Shown here: positions 1-10,424 of the stretch, piece by piece
How the letters are laid out: the number at the start of each line of letters is the position of its first letter
Position numbering within the stretch: position 1 is the first letter of the stretch
Sequence record: ON287372.1
Direction: 5' to 3' (one strand)
DNA length: 64,000 nt
Position numbers and translations under genes: made by a program
Notes under the pieces: model-generated
Databases searched by the model: none
The model's input: the letters and a program-made list of their open reading frames with translations, nothing else
Told to the model about the DNA's origin: nothing

Positions 1-201
1 CTTGGAAAGGCGTACAACCGATCCTACGCTATCTTCTGCAAACTTCCTAACCGACGTATGGATATCATCGCAAACACGCTCTAGATTGCCGAGGAGAGCC
101 TCTAGTGATTTCATTGGGTCCATCTCAACTACCTTAGGGTCTGCAATGACTTCATCTTGATGGGCTTTCAGTAAATCAGTGATGTTGAATACATTGGACA
201 T
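1..201 (-). CDS. Hypothetical protein, runs off the left window edge
   Basis: ATG at 201 after an AGAGGA RBS; open frame MSNVFNITDLLKAHQDEV... for 67 codons to position 1 (not in ORF track). Confidence 0.7.
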   Translation of the reverse strand, partial: MSNVFNITDLLKAHQDEVIADPKVVEMDPMKSLEALLGNLERVCDDIHTSVRKFAEDSVGSVVRLSK

Positions 202-258
202 GGTTCATTCCTCTATTAATAAAAGTAGAAAATAGAGCAGGGGAATTAACCTCTGCTT

Positions 259-441
259 TTAGTCGGTTAACTTCAAGAACATTGCCTCGACTTCTTTGTC
301 GGACATTTTGTTGATCGTATCCCATTCCATGCTGAAACGGTAATGTAGGATCGATTCTTGGTACGCACGCGGAGCTAGTTCAGTTTCACCTGAAGCATCC
401 ACATGGAAGGAAAGAATTACGCCGTTTGATTGAGTGCTCAT
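259..441 (-). CDS. Small hypothetical protein
   Basis: 60-aa ORF between two hairpin terminators, co-oriented with neighbours. Confidence 0.65.
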   Translation of the reverse strand: MSTQSNGVILSFHVDASGETELAPRAYQESILHYRFSMEWDTINKMSDKEVEAMFLKLTD

Positions 442-470
442 TTTTTAAATACTCGCTCAGTAAAAAAGAC

Positions 471-494
471 GGAGGAAGGTTTTACCCTTCCTCC
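471..494 (-). terminator. Intrinsic terminator
   Basis: GGAGGAAGG/CCTTCCTCC stem followed on the minus strand by GTCTTTTTT. Confidence 0.7.
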
Positions 495-510
495 AAAACC
501 TTAAGTCTTG

Positions 511-1347
511 CTACTTAGCCAATCCACGTAGTACGTAACTCCAGAACATGTTACCGAACACCGACGATTGAGTCAGTGCGGAAATTCTGGCGAACCAGCT
601 CTGCTGTAGGTAAGTACCTCGTTCTGTTTCCGTTAGCTGAGTATTGAGGTACCCAACTACAGAACGCGATACGGATTCACTCAAGGCGAGGTTGTTGATT
701 GCATACGGCGTAGTGCCGTTAGCGTAACCGTTGCCCGTCCGGAAAACCGATACCTTAAGCCCATCAACCATAAACATGTTTGTTGGTAGTGTAGAGTAGT
801 CCTGGAACTTACTTACAAACGCGGTCTTGTCATAAAATACCATTCCGCGTAAAATTTGACTTACGTCTCCGATAGCAGTACCGGCAATACGAGTTGCAAT
901 TAGCGGTGGAGTTTTATTAAAGAGTACTTTAGAAACGAGATCCTCTGAAACGACTTTATCGACCCAAACTACTTTAGACGACCAAGTATAAAGGTTCTCC
1001 CAAAATACTTGGTGGTTAGAGTCGGAATCGTTTTCGTGGAAAGTAATACCTAATCCCTTAAGGGAGTAAGTCATCTCTTTATACGCTTCCCTGGCCATCG
1101 AAATGCGGTCAGGGTCTGGCTGATAGGGCGCAGTACCGATTGGGATTGCAGGTACGATATATCCATCGGGTAACTCAAAGCCAGTTACTCGAGAACTACC
1201 CAATCCCCATGGATCTCGTTCAAAAGGAGTGATCTGACTAATGACTTCTACTCGGGCAGGTTGACGCTGAGTCTTAGCGCGAGTAAGTGAAGCTTTAATA
1301 AGATCGGTAACCTTCTTGATGTTGGCTGTATTCTCGGGGAATTTCAT
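511..1347 (-). CDS. Hypothetical phage protein
   Basis: 278-aa ORF, no recognisable motif. Confidence 0.75.
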   Translation of the reverse strand: MKFPENTANIKKVTDLIKASLTRAKTQRQPARVEVISQITPFERDPWGLGSSRVTGFELPDGYIVPAIPIGTAPYQPDPDRISMAREAYKEMTYSLKGLGITFHENDSDSNHQVFWENLYTWSSKVVWVDKVVSEDLVSKVLFNKTPPLIATRIAGTAIGDVSQILRGMVFYDKTAFVSKFQDYSTLPTNMFMVDGLKVSVFRTGNGYANGTTPYAINNLALSESVSRSVVGYLNTQLTETERGTYLQQSWFARISALTQSSVFGNMFWSYVLRGLAK

Positions 1348-1885
1348 TTAGGATAAAATCCTCTTGTTGAGGTTTCTTCTCGAATACCTTGCAACGGTTG
1401 TTACTCTCGTCATGATTAATGACGAACCCAGTAGACTCAAAGAACCCACATCCTTTTTTGTTTTGCGCTACACAGAACGCTTTTACTGATGCTGGCTCAG
1501 TTAACGACACCAATGCCTCATAGAGCGTTTTAGCCACATTACCTAGGCGATGACCCTCATCTACATAGAGACGTTCAATAAGGAGCTCCTGTCGCTCTAT
1601 AATCGCACTACTGAAACCGATTGGGTTGTTGTCGTAAAGAACAGCAGCCAACAAGTAAGATCCTGAGGTTAAACTCAGTTCTGACATGTGCTCGTAGAAC
1701 GTTTCAGTCTCAGAGACGATACCGGCTAACTTTTCGTGGTACTTGTTCAGGGTGTCAATCTTGCGATCTAAGGAACTCTTGTGCGTAGTCATGAATTCAA
1801 GCATTTCTGCTTCATTGACGGAACTATCGAAAAGACGGATTGTGTACATGTTGGTTAATTTATTCTTGCTAAAGTTAGTATTCAA
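1295..1885 (-). CDS. GNAT-family acetyltransferase
   Basis: IERLYVDEGHRLGNVAKTL (acetyl-CoA motif A-like) and GFFESTGF; true start may be MYTIRLF. Confidence 0.75.
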   Translation of the reverse strand: MNTNFSKNKLTNMYTIRLFDSSVNEAEMLEFMTTHKSSLDRKIDTLNKYHEKLAGIVSETETFYEHMSELSLTSGSYLLAAVLYDNNPIGFSSAIIERQELLIERLYVDEGHRLGNVAKTLYEALVSLTEPASVKAFCVAQNKKGCGFFESTGFVINHDESNNRCKVFEKKPQQEDFILNEIPREYSQHQEGYRSY

Positions 1886-1889
1886 AGGT

Positions 1890-1900
1890 GTGATATATAC
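1890..1900 (-). promoter_or_regulatory. Variant early (virion RNAP) promoter
   Basis: Minus strand GTATATATCAC, one mismatch from the GTATATATTAC motif seen at four other sites; upstream of the GNAT. Confidence 0.45.
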
Positions 1901-1901
1901 T

Positions 1902-3236
1902 TCAAACCTTCTCGAGATAAAGCATTAGGGCAGCCGCACTTTTCATCGTGTTAGACATTAGCCCAGGTTGCTCTCCAGTCCATTGTTCATTGGCCTGAAT
2001 TAAAACCCCTTCCATTAACGTAACGTTCCCGCCATTATCGTAGTAGACTCTGACAGGCATCCCTGGAGTAAGCAGTCTGATATCTGACCGTTGCCAGGTT
2101 GTTACCATAAGCATACCACGCTTACCTGAAAGATCAGACTGGACTTTAGCAAGGTTATCAGTAACCCCGCGAACTCCCGCCAATGCGCGCTTATCTGCAC
2201 GTGGCTCAGCACCAATGTCTGCACTGATATCCTGACGGTTATAGACAGATTGGTTATTGTCGTTAATCGCAGGCTTATCCAAGAACCCAGAGGCTCGGGT
2301 AAAGTGGATTGCAGTCTCACCGTTAATGCTGTTTGAGACGGAGAGGTCTTGCATCTTAACCGCACCTGCGCAAACTACCGTAATCTCCTCACCAACCTTC
2401 TTGAAAGAACGATCGGATGCAGGGATCATCAGAGATGAGCTCTGGATGATGGTCAATCTACGTGTTGTGGTCTTAAACCGGCGAGTATTGAACAATGGGT
2501 AAACGTACCAACGCTGGTTTTGAATGAACGACCCGATACCGTGATTATAAATCCCGTTTATCTCATCCTGAAGAAACGCAGCCAGACCAACCATCCGGAT
2601 GTTGTTCTCAATAACTAGATCCTGGATCACATCAGTAGGTTTATCGTTATCTGGATCGACAACATCTAACGAAACGAGCTTAGGTAATCCTTTAGCTGCA
2701 TCTTCATTGGTCTGAGTGATGATCATAGACTTCAGAACTTCAACCGGTTTAGCGTACCGGAATATGCCCTGGGCATACTTGGTATTCATTGAGACAGCGA
2801 TAGGATCAACCAACTGGATACGTAGCATTCTCAGCTCATCTTTACCATCCGTGTAAGGGGCATTAGTTACAGATGAGTCAGAGGTTAATTGGGCAGCGGA
2901 GTTATCTTTCAGGATAACGCGGAATGCGGTAGTGTACCGTAAACCAGAAGTCAACAGAGTACTGGAGACAGGGTCGACTTGTTCCTGAACCAGTGTAGCG
3001 TTCAAGTTGTCACGGTTAGCGTACAGCAAGTTATAGTCAGCTGTGATGACTGCGATATTCATTTCGGTGTCATGAGTAAAACTCGTGACGTAATCAGACT
3101 CTGTGTATTTCTCAATAACACGAGTCACTTCCAGCTTTCGATTTGGCAATGTGAAAATAAGACGGAACCGGAATCGGGGATAACTCCCCGACCCAGCTAT
3201 CTCCATTGCCTGTTTTCTCAACAGGGCAGCATTCAT
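1902..3236 (-). CDS. Virion structural protein, probable baseplate hub-like (phiKZ gp101-like position)
   Basis: 444 aa, last gene of the conserved structural operon; assignment by synteny and size. Confidence 0.5.
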   Translation of the reverse strand: MNAALLRKQAMEIAGSGSYPRFRFRLIFTLPNRKLEVTRVIEKYTESDYVTSFTHDTEMNIAVITADYNLLYANRDNLNATLVQEQVDPVSSTLLTSGLRYTTAFRVILKDNSAAQLTSDSSVTNAPYTDGKDELRMLRIQLVDPIAVSMNTKYAQGIFRYAKPVEVLKSMIITQTNEDAAKGLPKLVSLDVVDPDNDKPTDVIQDLVIENNIRMVGLAAFLQDEINGIYNHGIGSFIQNQRWYVYPLFNTRRFKTTTRRLTIIQSSSLMIPASDRSFKKVGEEITVVCAGAVKMQDLSVSNSINGETAIHFTRASGFLDKPAINDNNQSVYNRQDISADIGAEPRADKRALAGVRGVTDNLAKVQSDLSGKRGMLMVTTWQRSDIRLLTPGMPVRVYYDNGGNVTLMEGVLIQANEQWTGEQPGLMSNTMKSAAALMLYLEKV

Positions 3237-3802
3237 TTATAGAAGTTCCTTTTACGTACTGGACCGAAATCAATACGCTCATTAACTGGAACGTAATCTG
3301 CAGCTCTACGAATCTCAATATCGCTCTTAGGCTTAATGAGGGTAGGGCTGAAATCAACGTAGCCTTTAAAGACATTGTGAACCTCAGGCATCTTGGCAGT
3401 TCTGACTTTGTTGTAGATGTGCCGACCAAGTTCATCTAGTGATTGGAGATCACGTAGACGTTCTTGGGTGATTGCAGGATCTTCAATGTGCATACTACGA
3501 CTGATTGACTTCATGTAAACTTCAACGTCGTGAATGTGCTCTTGAATGATCTTGTGCATACTACTGATTGCCTTCATCCCCTCTACCATCGTGAACTCTG
3601 AACCAGCTTGGTAAAGATCCAACAATTGGTTGATGGTACGCCATACACGAGTACGGCGTTTAGATGCCATCTGATCTAACAGAGATGAGCCCGTTGTAAA
3701 GCTGCCGCGATGACCGACCATATTCTCATCGACCGCATCGTACTCGTACATCTCTACGTTGAACGGCTTATGGAAAATTAAGTACCCGGCGGAATAACTC
3801 AT
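3233..3802 (-). CDS. Conserved phiKZ-like protein in virion operon
   Basis: 189 aa, ATGA-type overlap with neighbours. Confidence 0.7.
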   Translation of the reverse strand: MSYSAGYLIFHKPFNVEMYEYDAVDENMVGHRGSFTTGSSLLDQMASKRRTRVWRTINQLLDLYQAGSEFTMVEGMKAISSMHKIIQEHIHDVEVYMKSISRSMHIEDPAITQERLRDLQSLDELGRHIYNKVRTAKMPEVHNVFKGYVDFSPTLIKPKSDIEIRRAADYVPVNERIDFGPVRKRNFYK

Positions 3803-5157
3803 GAAGGAAGACCTCGTAATGCTGCTGGGATAATCGAATACATGATCGGGAGGTAATAGAACCGCTCCAGGTTAGACCAGTCTCGAGAATCCTTGAAAAG
3901 ACCAATCAGTATCTTGGCATCGATAGAGCCTTGATCCAACGTTTGCCAAACCAGTGTCTCCAATGTAGACATGGCATCTGACTTACGGTAGAAGTCTGAG
4001 CTGAGGACGTAGTAGTCATCGACATCGACTAGCTTGATTCCATTCTCTACTTCCGGCTCGGCGTTCGGGTCACGCGGGACACCATTACGCTCAGGGATTT
4101 TACCGGGCTGTAGTGTTTTAGCCTTAGGGGCAGTCTCCGGGAAATTAGGGAAGTAATCATCCGGGTTGCTCTTAGGGTAGAACACGAACGGAATACCGAC
4201 ATACCAGGATGAACCGTAATACGGGTTACGTAAGAACATGGACGTATCGACAATCGGGATCTTTGCTTCCACTACGTCGATCAAATACGGATCGGTGTGC
4301 AGTAGTGCATCGAACAGTGTTCTGAATTCCCGGATATGGCTGTCCATTACGTTCAGGTTATTCATCCCGTTAAACGTGCCAACTTCTAACTGCGACCAGA
4401 GGTTGGTAACGAACTTCGTGATGAAGGGATCGTAAACGGCTTTACGACCTTGATCCGGAACCAATAACGTACCATACTCCCGATTGAAGTATTGCGTCAT
4501 GTACTGACGCGGGAGCCGATTACGAATTGACTCAAACTCTTCGGTAGCGTTATGGGCTTCGTCGGTGAGTATCGGGTTAATCCCACTATCCAAGAAAGAT
4601 TTGTGGAAATAATACTCACGCTGGACTTTACTCATCATCACTTCGTATTCACGCTGAGTCAGGAATGACTTCAGGACATACTCGATAGTGAATGTGGTCT
4701 GGCGATAGATGGTACGCTGCTGGATGTTTTCAGTAACCTGGTACAAGCCCAGTTTACCATCTAACAACGAGGCAACAAACATGTCACCTACGTTAGGACG
4801 AACCCCTGGATACATGTTTGCAGTACCACGACCAGTGAACTCGTTATTACTCGGGTCATAAGTCGGGTTTGCAGGTAACGGGTCAGTTACCATCAGTTCC
4901 AGTTTGTGGATCAGGTTGTATTGCTGGTGAATCCCCAGACGAGTCATCTGGTGACTGGATGTTTCATCATCCTTGTTGAGTACCTGGGAGAAATACTCCA
5001 CCATCCAACTACGTCCTTCAATGGCCGTAAGCATAGTCGACACTGGGGTATACTCAGTATCAACCGCCAAGCCTTTGAAAGGAGTTGGGTTAGGTAGAAC
5101 CTGCGGCGGTAAAATACTCGACGCGTTTTCGTCGTCATCAAACAGAGACATTGTCAA
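3799..5157 (-). CDS. Virion structural protein (neck/tail-completion candidate)
   Basis: 452 aa, coupled within structural operon; phiKZ-like synteny. Confidence 0.6.
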   Translation of the reverse strand: MTMSLFDDDENASSILPPQVLPNPTPFKGLAVDTEYTPVSTMLTAIEGRSWMVEYFSQVLNKDDETSSHQMTRLGIHQQYNLIHKLELMVTDPLPANPTYDPSNNEFTGRGTANMYPGVRPNVGDMFVASLLDGKLGLYQVTENIQQRTIYRQTTFTIEYVLKSFLTQREYEVMMSKVQREYYFHKSFLDSGINPILTDEAHNATEEFESIRNRLPRQYMTQYFNREYGTLLVPDQGRKAVYDPFITKFVTNLWSQLEVGTFNGMNNLNVMDSHIREFRTLFDALLHTDPYLIDVVEAKIPIVDTSMFLRNPYYGSSWYVGIPFVFYPKSNPDDYFPNFPETAPKAKTLQPGKIPERNGVPRDPNAEPEVENGIKLVDVDDYYVLSSDFYRKSDAMSTLETLVWQTLDQGSIDAKILIGLFKDSRDWSNLERFYYLPIMYSIIPAALRGLPS

Positions 5158-6708
5158 TTACTCCTTGACGGTCTGGAAATGATAACCCAGCACTGTTGGC
5201 AGGATGATCGATTTATAAGTTATCGAGAAGAATCTTTCCGCAGTTACACGAAGCTCTCGGGCTACACGGAAGTACTCACTGATCCTGACAAACTTACCAT
5301 TAACTGCGGTTGGGTAAGTGCCGCCATTTTTAACAAACTCCGGATCGAGCGCATCGATGATCATGTTAAATACATCAGGATGATCTTGCAGGTATCTGGC
5401 CGCGAATAACTGTAAGTTCAACAGCTGAGTAAATACCCCAACACGTACGTGGTAGAGTTTCTTCACATCTAGGTCATGTTGACACCAGACATTCAGATCC
5501 TCATCGATGAAGATATCTCGTTGGTCAATGGGACGATCATTCTCGTACACTGCGATGTGGGCAGCGCAGCCTGTTACACGAGGAACCATCAGTCGTTGAT
5601 CTTTGATGTATTCCAAGAACTTATCGTCGAACTTGTTCTTGCCTAGCTCCCTCAGGTTAATAACCTTCTTAGGATTAACTGAGTCAACCCTAATGAGGAA
5701 CTGCGCAATCGGCGATACGTCTGCAATGATTTGCGTAGGAATCCAATCATCGTAGAACGGGATGATGTTAAACAATGGTTCCGATCTAGACCACGAAAAC
5801 TTTTGGAACATCTCGTAATAACGACGAGTTGATCCACTACTTAATCCACGGAAGTCAGCAGGGGAATACAACCCACGATCTTTACGTAGTCCCGGCGGAA
5901 TCAGCTGGTTATGCACGACTAAAGGATACTTCACTACCATCCCAATAGGACGGTCGTAGCTGAATCGATAACTGAACGAAATATCGTAACAGTTTCCGTC
6001 AGGTAGTTTCTCTTCAATCGGCGGTGCCGAGAATTCAAAGTTACCCAAGATGTCGAGCTGGTTTTCACGGAACACGTAAGTTTCGTTTTTACCCGCATTA
6101 TCGACCATCGTAGTCATATCAGCAATTGCGTGACTTTTCAGGTAATCGTGGAACTCATCGCCATCCCCTGCTACCTTTTCTTTCATCTCGTGGAAGATGG
6201 CCAACATCGCCATTACCTGAACGGGTAAGACGTAGTGGAAAGGTGCGTTGAATGTTTCGTCGATAAAGTGACGCATGATCTTACGGCGCATCATTGTGCG
6301 CCAGTTTTGTGCTGCGTTTTTATCTACAGTACGGTAAGTAAAGTTAAGCGTAGCTTTCACTTGTTCCCGGAAAGGAGATACCGTGATGTTACGATCGGTG
6401 TCAGCCCAAGCCAACATCAGATCATTGTAGTGGTACGCCGTAGACAGGATCGGGTCGTCATTGACTTCTTCCTGATAGTCCACTTTTATTTTTTGGTAAA
6501 AGGGGAACTTAGCGGTATCGGGTTCGCTGTACTCTTTCTGGTTAAGTGTAGTCAACCAGGTAGGTACAGATTCATTCTCTCCTGAGAATTCAATAAAGGT
6601 ATCTTCTTTGATACCCGTCACGTTCATGATAGAACGGATGATACTGACGTTAACGGGTCGTGTTACGGACGCGTAGATGTCAGGGATAGGAAGCGCTAAC
6701 TGAGGCAT
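5158..6708 (-). CDS. Virion structural protein (neck/tail-completion candidate)
   Basis: 516 aa, first gene of operon; TATG late-promoter motif at 6756-6759 upstream. Confidence 0.6.
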   Translation of the reverse strand: MPQLALPIPDIYASVTRPVNVSIIRSIMNVTGIKEDTFIEFSGENESVPTWLTTLNQKEYSEPDTAKFPFYQKIKVDYQEEVNDDPILSTAYHYNDLMLAWADTDRNITVSPFREQVKATLNFTYRTVDKNAAQNWRTMMRRKIMRHFIDETFNAPFHYVLPVQVMAMLAIFHEMKEKVAGDGDEFHDYLKSHAIADMTTMVDNAGKNETYVFRENQLDILGNFEFSAPPIEEKLPDGNCYDISFSYRFSYDRPIGMVVKYPLVVHNQLIPPGLRKDRGLYSPADFRGLSSGSTRRYYEMFQKFSWSRSEPLFNIIPFYDDWIPTQIIADVSPIAQFLIRVDSVNPKKVINLRELGKNKFDDKFLEYIKDQRLMVPRVTGCAAHIAVYENDRPIDQRDIFIDEDLNVWCQHDLDVKKLYHVRVGVFTQLLNLQLFAARYLQDHPDVFNMIIDALDPEFVKNGGTYPTAVNGKFVRISEYFRVARELRVTAERFFSITYKSIILPTVLGYHFQTVKE

Positions 6709-6796
6709 AAATTCTTTTCCTGTTCACCGGCCTCGCGCCGTTTTGGGCGGGATGTCATAAGAATGCGAGCCCCTAAGGACCCGCATTCTCGATATA

Positions 6797-7906
6797 TTAC
6801 AGGTAGATCGTGTCTGCGCGACGCGGCTCTGGTTCATTAGCGCGACGATCAACATCAATCGTCAGGTTAAGATCCTGCAATGCACCTTTCAGTACGAGCA
6901 AGTAGTTCTTCGCCAGTTCGGTATCCAGCAACAGCAGGTGACGGTCATCAGTTGGGATGTGAACAACATCAGCCATATCACCGGCTTGTTCCTTGATGTA
7001 ATTCAGGAAACCGATATCCTGGAGGAAAGCCACATCGCGACCAGTGAACACAACTTCGATAGAGTTAGGCTCGCCCCGACGTGCTACCAGCAGTACTGCG
7101 CGATTAACGCCTGCCTTTACGCTTTCTTCGACGGGACGGTCGATCTTTACCGGAGCGGGCTTAGCCTCAGCTTTTTCTTTCAGCTGACGCATCATGTGAC
7201 CCAGACTACCTTCCTGTTTTACTTCGCTGGCAGGTGCCGCTGCTTCGGATACCAGCTGGGTCAGATAGCCATCGTTCTTGCCGATAGCAGGGTCTGCTTG
7301 ACGAGCTACTTCAGGAACCGGACTTTCTTCTACAGCGGTGCCGTGAGGTGGATCGATGTAATCCTGGTCTTCGTGAACAACTGCACTTGGGAAATGTTCG
7401 CTCACGTTCAGAAGCAGGTGATGGAATGTACCCAGGGCAGAGATATGGTCGTTCATCATGATAGCGACGCTACGTGCTTCTTCACGATTACCAATCTTAA
7501 CGCTCAGGAATACCTGGCCGTTAGACGTGATTTCATAAACGACTTCGCCAGTATCCAGGTGAGTGGATTTCAGGCGGAAGGCACCGAAGGTCTGATCGAT
7601 GCTGCGCGGGTCCGAGTTTGGTTGAGCAGTCGGAAGCGCAATGATGTAACCAGCAGCGGTCATCTTTTTGACAACCAGTGCTTTGAAGTGCGCGTCGCGT
7701 TCATCGCTGGAGATATCGCCGTAGAGATCAATCAGCTTGAAGAAGTTTTCGGATGCTTTAACCAGCATGAAGTTAGAAGTCTCTTCTACAGTGAAGAAAC
7801 CATTATCAGCGATCAGTACATCTTTGGCCGACTGTACGCCTACATCGGAGTCAAACTCAACGACGTCTGGGCCGGAACGGAGTTTCAGTACGAGGGTGGT
7901 TTTCAT
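6797..7906 (-). CDS. Hypothetical protein
   Basis: 369 aa, RBS AAGGA, bounded by terminators. Confidence 0.8.
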   Translation of the reverse strand: MKTTLVLKLRSGPDVVEFDSDVGVQSAKDVLIADNGFFTVEETSNFMLVKASENFFKLIDLYGDISSDERDAHFKALVVKKMTAAGYIIALPTAQPNSDPRSIDQTFGAFRLKSTHLDTGEVVYEITSNGQVFLSVKIGNREEARSVAIMMNDHISALGTFHHLLLNVSEHFPSAVVHEDQDYIDPPHGTAVEESPVPEVARQADPAIGKNDGYLTQLVSEAAAPASEVKQEGSLGHMMRQLKEKAEAKPAPVKIDRPVEESVKAGVNRAVLLVARRGEPNSIEVVFTGRDVAFLQDIGFLNYIKEQAGDMADVVHIPTDDRHLLLLDTELAKNYLLVLKGALQDLNLTIDVDRRANEPEPRRADTIYL

Positions 7907-7966
7907 TTAGGGTCCTTTGAAAAAGAAGTTAACTTCAAAATAAGCCCATGGTACGTAAAATAAAAA

Positions 7967-7988
7967 GGAGAGGGAATTAACCCTCTCC
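7967..7988 (-). terminator. Intrinsic terminator ending the inner-head operon
   Basis: GGAGAGGG/CCCTCTCC stem then TTTTTATTTT on the minus strand. Confidence 0.75.
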
Positions 7989-7999
7989 TCTATTATCGA

Positions 8000-9244
8000 T
8001 TAGTACGCATTGATGGAACGGTTACAGATAGACTGTACGATACGCAGGTAATTGATCGTTAGCGAAATAACTGGCAACGTAGGTTGGCGAGTCCATGAAG
8101 CATACGAGTTACCGTAGTTGTACAGGGCGGTACGGGCGATCCCTGGGCGACTTTCAGATACGTCACCCTCAAGGTTACCTGACATCACCTTAGCTGAACG
8201 AACCACCGATAGAGTGTTCTCAGCCAAACGATCCATCTTGTTACGTTCACGGAACCGACGAATCGATTCACAAATCCGCAAGCTAATATCCATCAGTTCA
8301 CGAATCTGATCTACCGTAAACACATCTACGTCGATCGAACCTTCAGTGTCTACTGTACCTGGCTCAAAGGTAAACCCAGAGCGCTGCAATGCACGCGCCT
8401 TGTTAACCTGAGACTGAACTTCCTTCGGGTTATTGTAGTTAAAGGACAACGTGCCGTTAGCTGGCAAATAAACTTCTTTGCGCAGGTTAGGGTGAACGGT
8501 TTCGAGTAACTGGACAGTAACGTCGTTTGCGTTCTGAAGGCTGTTCTCAATTTCCTGACTATCATCAGGATCAACCGATTTCAGCGTCTTGGACAGAATC
8601 GCCATGACTTCATTGCCAGCTTTAACGACGTCGATACCCCAGGTACTGAGAAGAGAGTCAACGACGTGCTCCAGTTCGCGTAAAGAATCGTGAATCTTAG
8701 CGAATTTATCAGTCTTGTTACCCTTGAAGTGCAAGTAACGCGTGGCGCTAATCCCTGCGTCAAACTTGCTCTCTTTAGGCTGAATACCGATAATGTCTTT
8801 GGTGCGCTCACGGGTAGCCTCAGCACCGGCTTTAACACCAGAAACACGAGTACCCATGTTTTCCCAGAACTCCTTGATTAAACGCCAAAGGCGTATCACC
8901 AGGTCACGAGAAGCACCCTTCATCCCATTAGCCAGATCGCGGAAAGCTTCCATGGAAATAGTCCCTTGGGCAGATTCCAACGATGGCATCCCACCTTTAC
9001 CGATGTCACCGAACAAAGCAGCGGTCGCCTGACTGATCAGGGCGAGTTCATGCTCAGTAACATCACCCTCACGGTCTACAGTACTTTCGAGTTCATCGTA
9101 GAGTCCAACGCGGCGCGTCGTCTCTTGGATTTCATCATCAATACTTTCTGACTCTAAGTTGATACGCTCAGATTCAGATTCAGCTAAGAGTAGGTCGTAA
9201 GGGGAAATATCTTTTAATTCGAATCCCTCATCCATCTCAAGCAC
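8000..9244 (-). CDS. phiKZ-like internal head protein paralog
   Basis: Acidic N-terminus with PSLES/ISMEA motifs then Trp-rich amphipathic helix. Confidence 0.75.
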   Translation of the reverse strand: MLEMDEGFELKDISPYDLLLAESESERINLESESIDDEIQETTRRVGLYDELESTVDREGDVTEHELALISQATAALFGDIGKGGMPSLESAQGTISMEAFRDLANGMKGASRDLVIRLWRLIKEFWENMGTRVSGVKAGAEATRERTKDIIGIQPKESKFDAGISATRYLHFKGNKTDKFAKIHDSLRELEHVVDSLLSTWGIDVVKAGNEVMAILSKTLKSVDPDDSQEIENSLQNANDVTVQLLETVHPNLRKEVYLPANGTLSFNYNNPKEVQSQVNKARALQRSGFTFEPGTVDTEGSIDVDVFTVDQIRELMDISLRICESIRRFRERNKMDRLAENTLSVVRSAKVMSGNLEGDVSESRPGIARTALYNYGNSYASWTRQPTLPVISLTINYLRIVQSICNRSINAY

Positions 9245-10424
9245 CCGCTTTATTTAATGCGTCTACGTAACCCAGAGAGCTCTTAGACACGGAGATCAGG
9301 TACTGGCTGTAGTTAACACCCAACCCATTGATCATGTTAATGACGACAGAGAACAACGTGCGTACTGCACGACCTTCTGCTGCATCAGCATCTTCTTCCA
9401 GATGCACTTTAGCGGCGGCATCAGCTTTACGCAGGAAGTCTTTCTCCAGGCGATCTTCTGAGCTACGCAATACATTGCTCTCTTTAACCGATTTAGCCAG
9501 ACGAACTGCATTATCGATAATATCCAAAGCAGTCTTCTGATCCACTGGAGGAAGTGGGCCGGAGAAATCTTCTTTGGTGCCATCCTGGAAGAAACGAATC
9601 TTAGAGCGAGTACCGAAATCGGCTACTGCTTTCAGGTTCTCTGCTTCCGAGTTCGTGTAGTGAGTATCGCGCTTGGCTTTAACCGAAACGAAGCGGTAGT
9701 TGCCGAGCAATAGAGAAGAAGTGCGTTCCTCTTCTACTTGATCAGCGTCCATCCCAAACAGATCGGCAGAAACACTCTTGCTGATCTTATCTTTACAGAT
9801 CAACTGGAATGCATCCACATAGCTCTCGATTGCATGAGCTGCCTTACGATAGTCCAGCTTACTGAGATCATCAGTCAGTTCACGGGCAGAGGCATGACCT
9901 TGTTTGGTAAACCGTTCCATAGCAGTTTCGTTGATTTTAATCAACTGATCGATTTCCTTGCTAAGGTCAGGAGCGACACTACCATCAATCGCCAACAGGT
10001 TAGGGTATTTGATTTCAACTTCCCCTTGACCAAAGTTGGTGTTCTCAGCAACAGAACGACGAAGTTCAGCTGCATGTTTAACCAACCCGTCCACACCCTG
10101 GAGAGTAGTACGAACCCAAGCCATGACTTTACGCCGCATCTCAACAATCCAACGTTTCAGCTGTTCCCACCACTGCATGATGGTAGAACGAATGGATTCC
10201 AGCGCGACTTGCTTCATCCCTAAACCATCCCCTTCAGGAGCTGGAGGAAGGACCATGTCGTAGCTAGGTGCCATTTGAGCGAGGATTTCGTACGCATCCG
10301 GATTCATGCCGGATTCGCAATCGCAATCCTCACACGCCACTTCTAAAGAGTGGAGCTCGTTTAGCCGCTTCTGCATATGCGGCGGAACGATACCTAATTT
10401 GTCTTCCAAAATACTCATCATCAC
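9237..10424 (-). CDS. phiKZ-like internal head protein paralog
   Basis: VALESIRSTIMQWWEQLKRW signature. Confidence 0.8.
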   Translation of the reverse strand: MMMSILEDKLGIVPPHMQKRLNELHSLEVACEDCDCESGMNPDAYEILAQMAPSYDMVLPPAPEGDGLGMKQVALESIRSTIMQWWEQLKRWIVEMRRKVMAWVRTTLQGVDGLVKHAAELRRSVAENTNFGQGEVEIKYPNLLAIDGSVAPDLSKEIDQLIKINETAMERFTKQGHASARELTDDLSKLDYRKAAHAIESYVDAFQLICKDKISKSVSADLFGMDADQVEEERTSSLLLGNYRFVSVKAKRDTHYTNSEAENLKAVADFGTRSKIRFFQDGTKEDFSGPLPPVDQKTALDIIDNAVRLAKSVKESNVLRSSEDRLEKDFLRKADAAAKVHLEEDADAAEGRAVRTLFSVVINMINGLGVNYSQYLISVSKSSLGYVDALNKAGA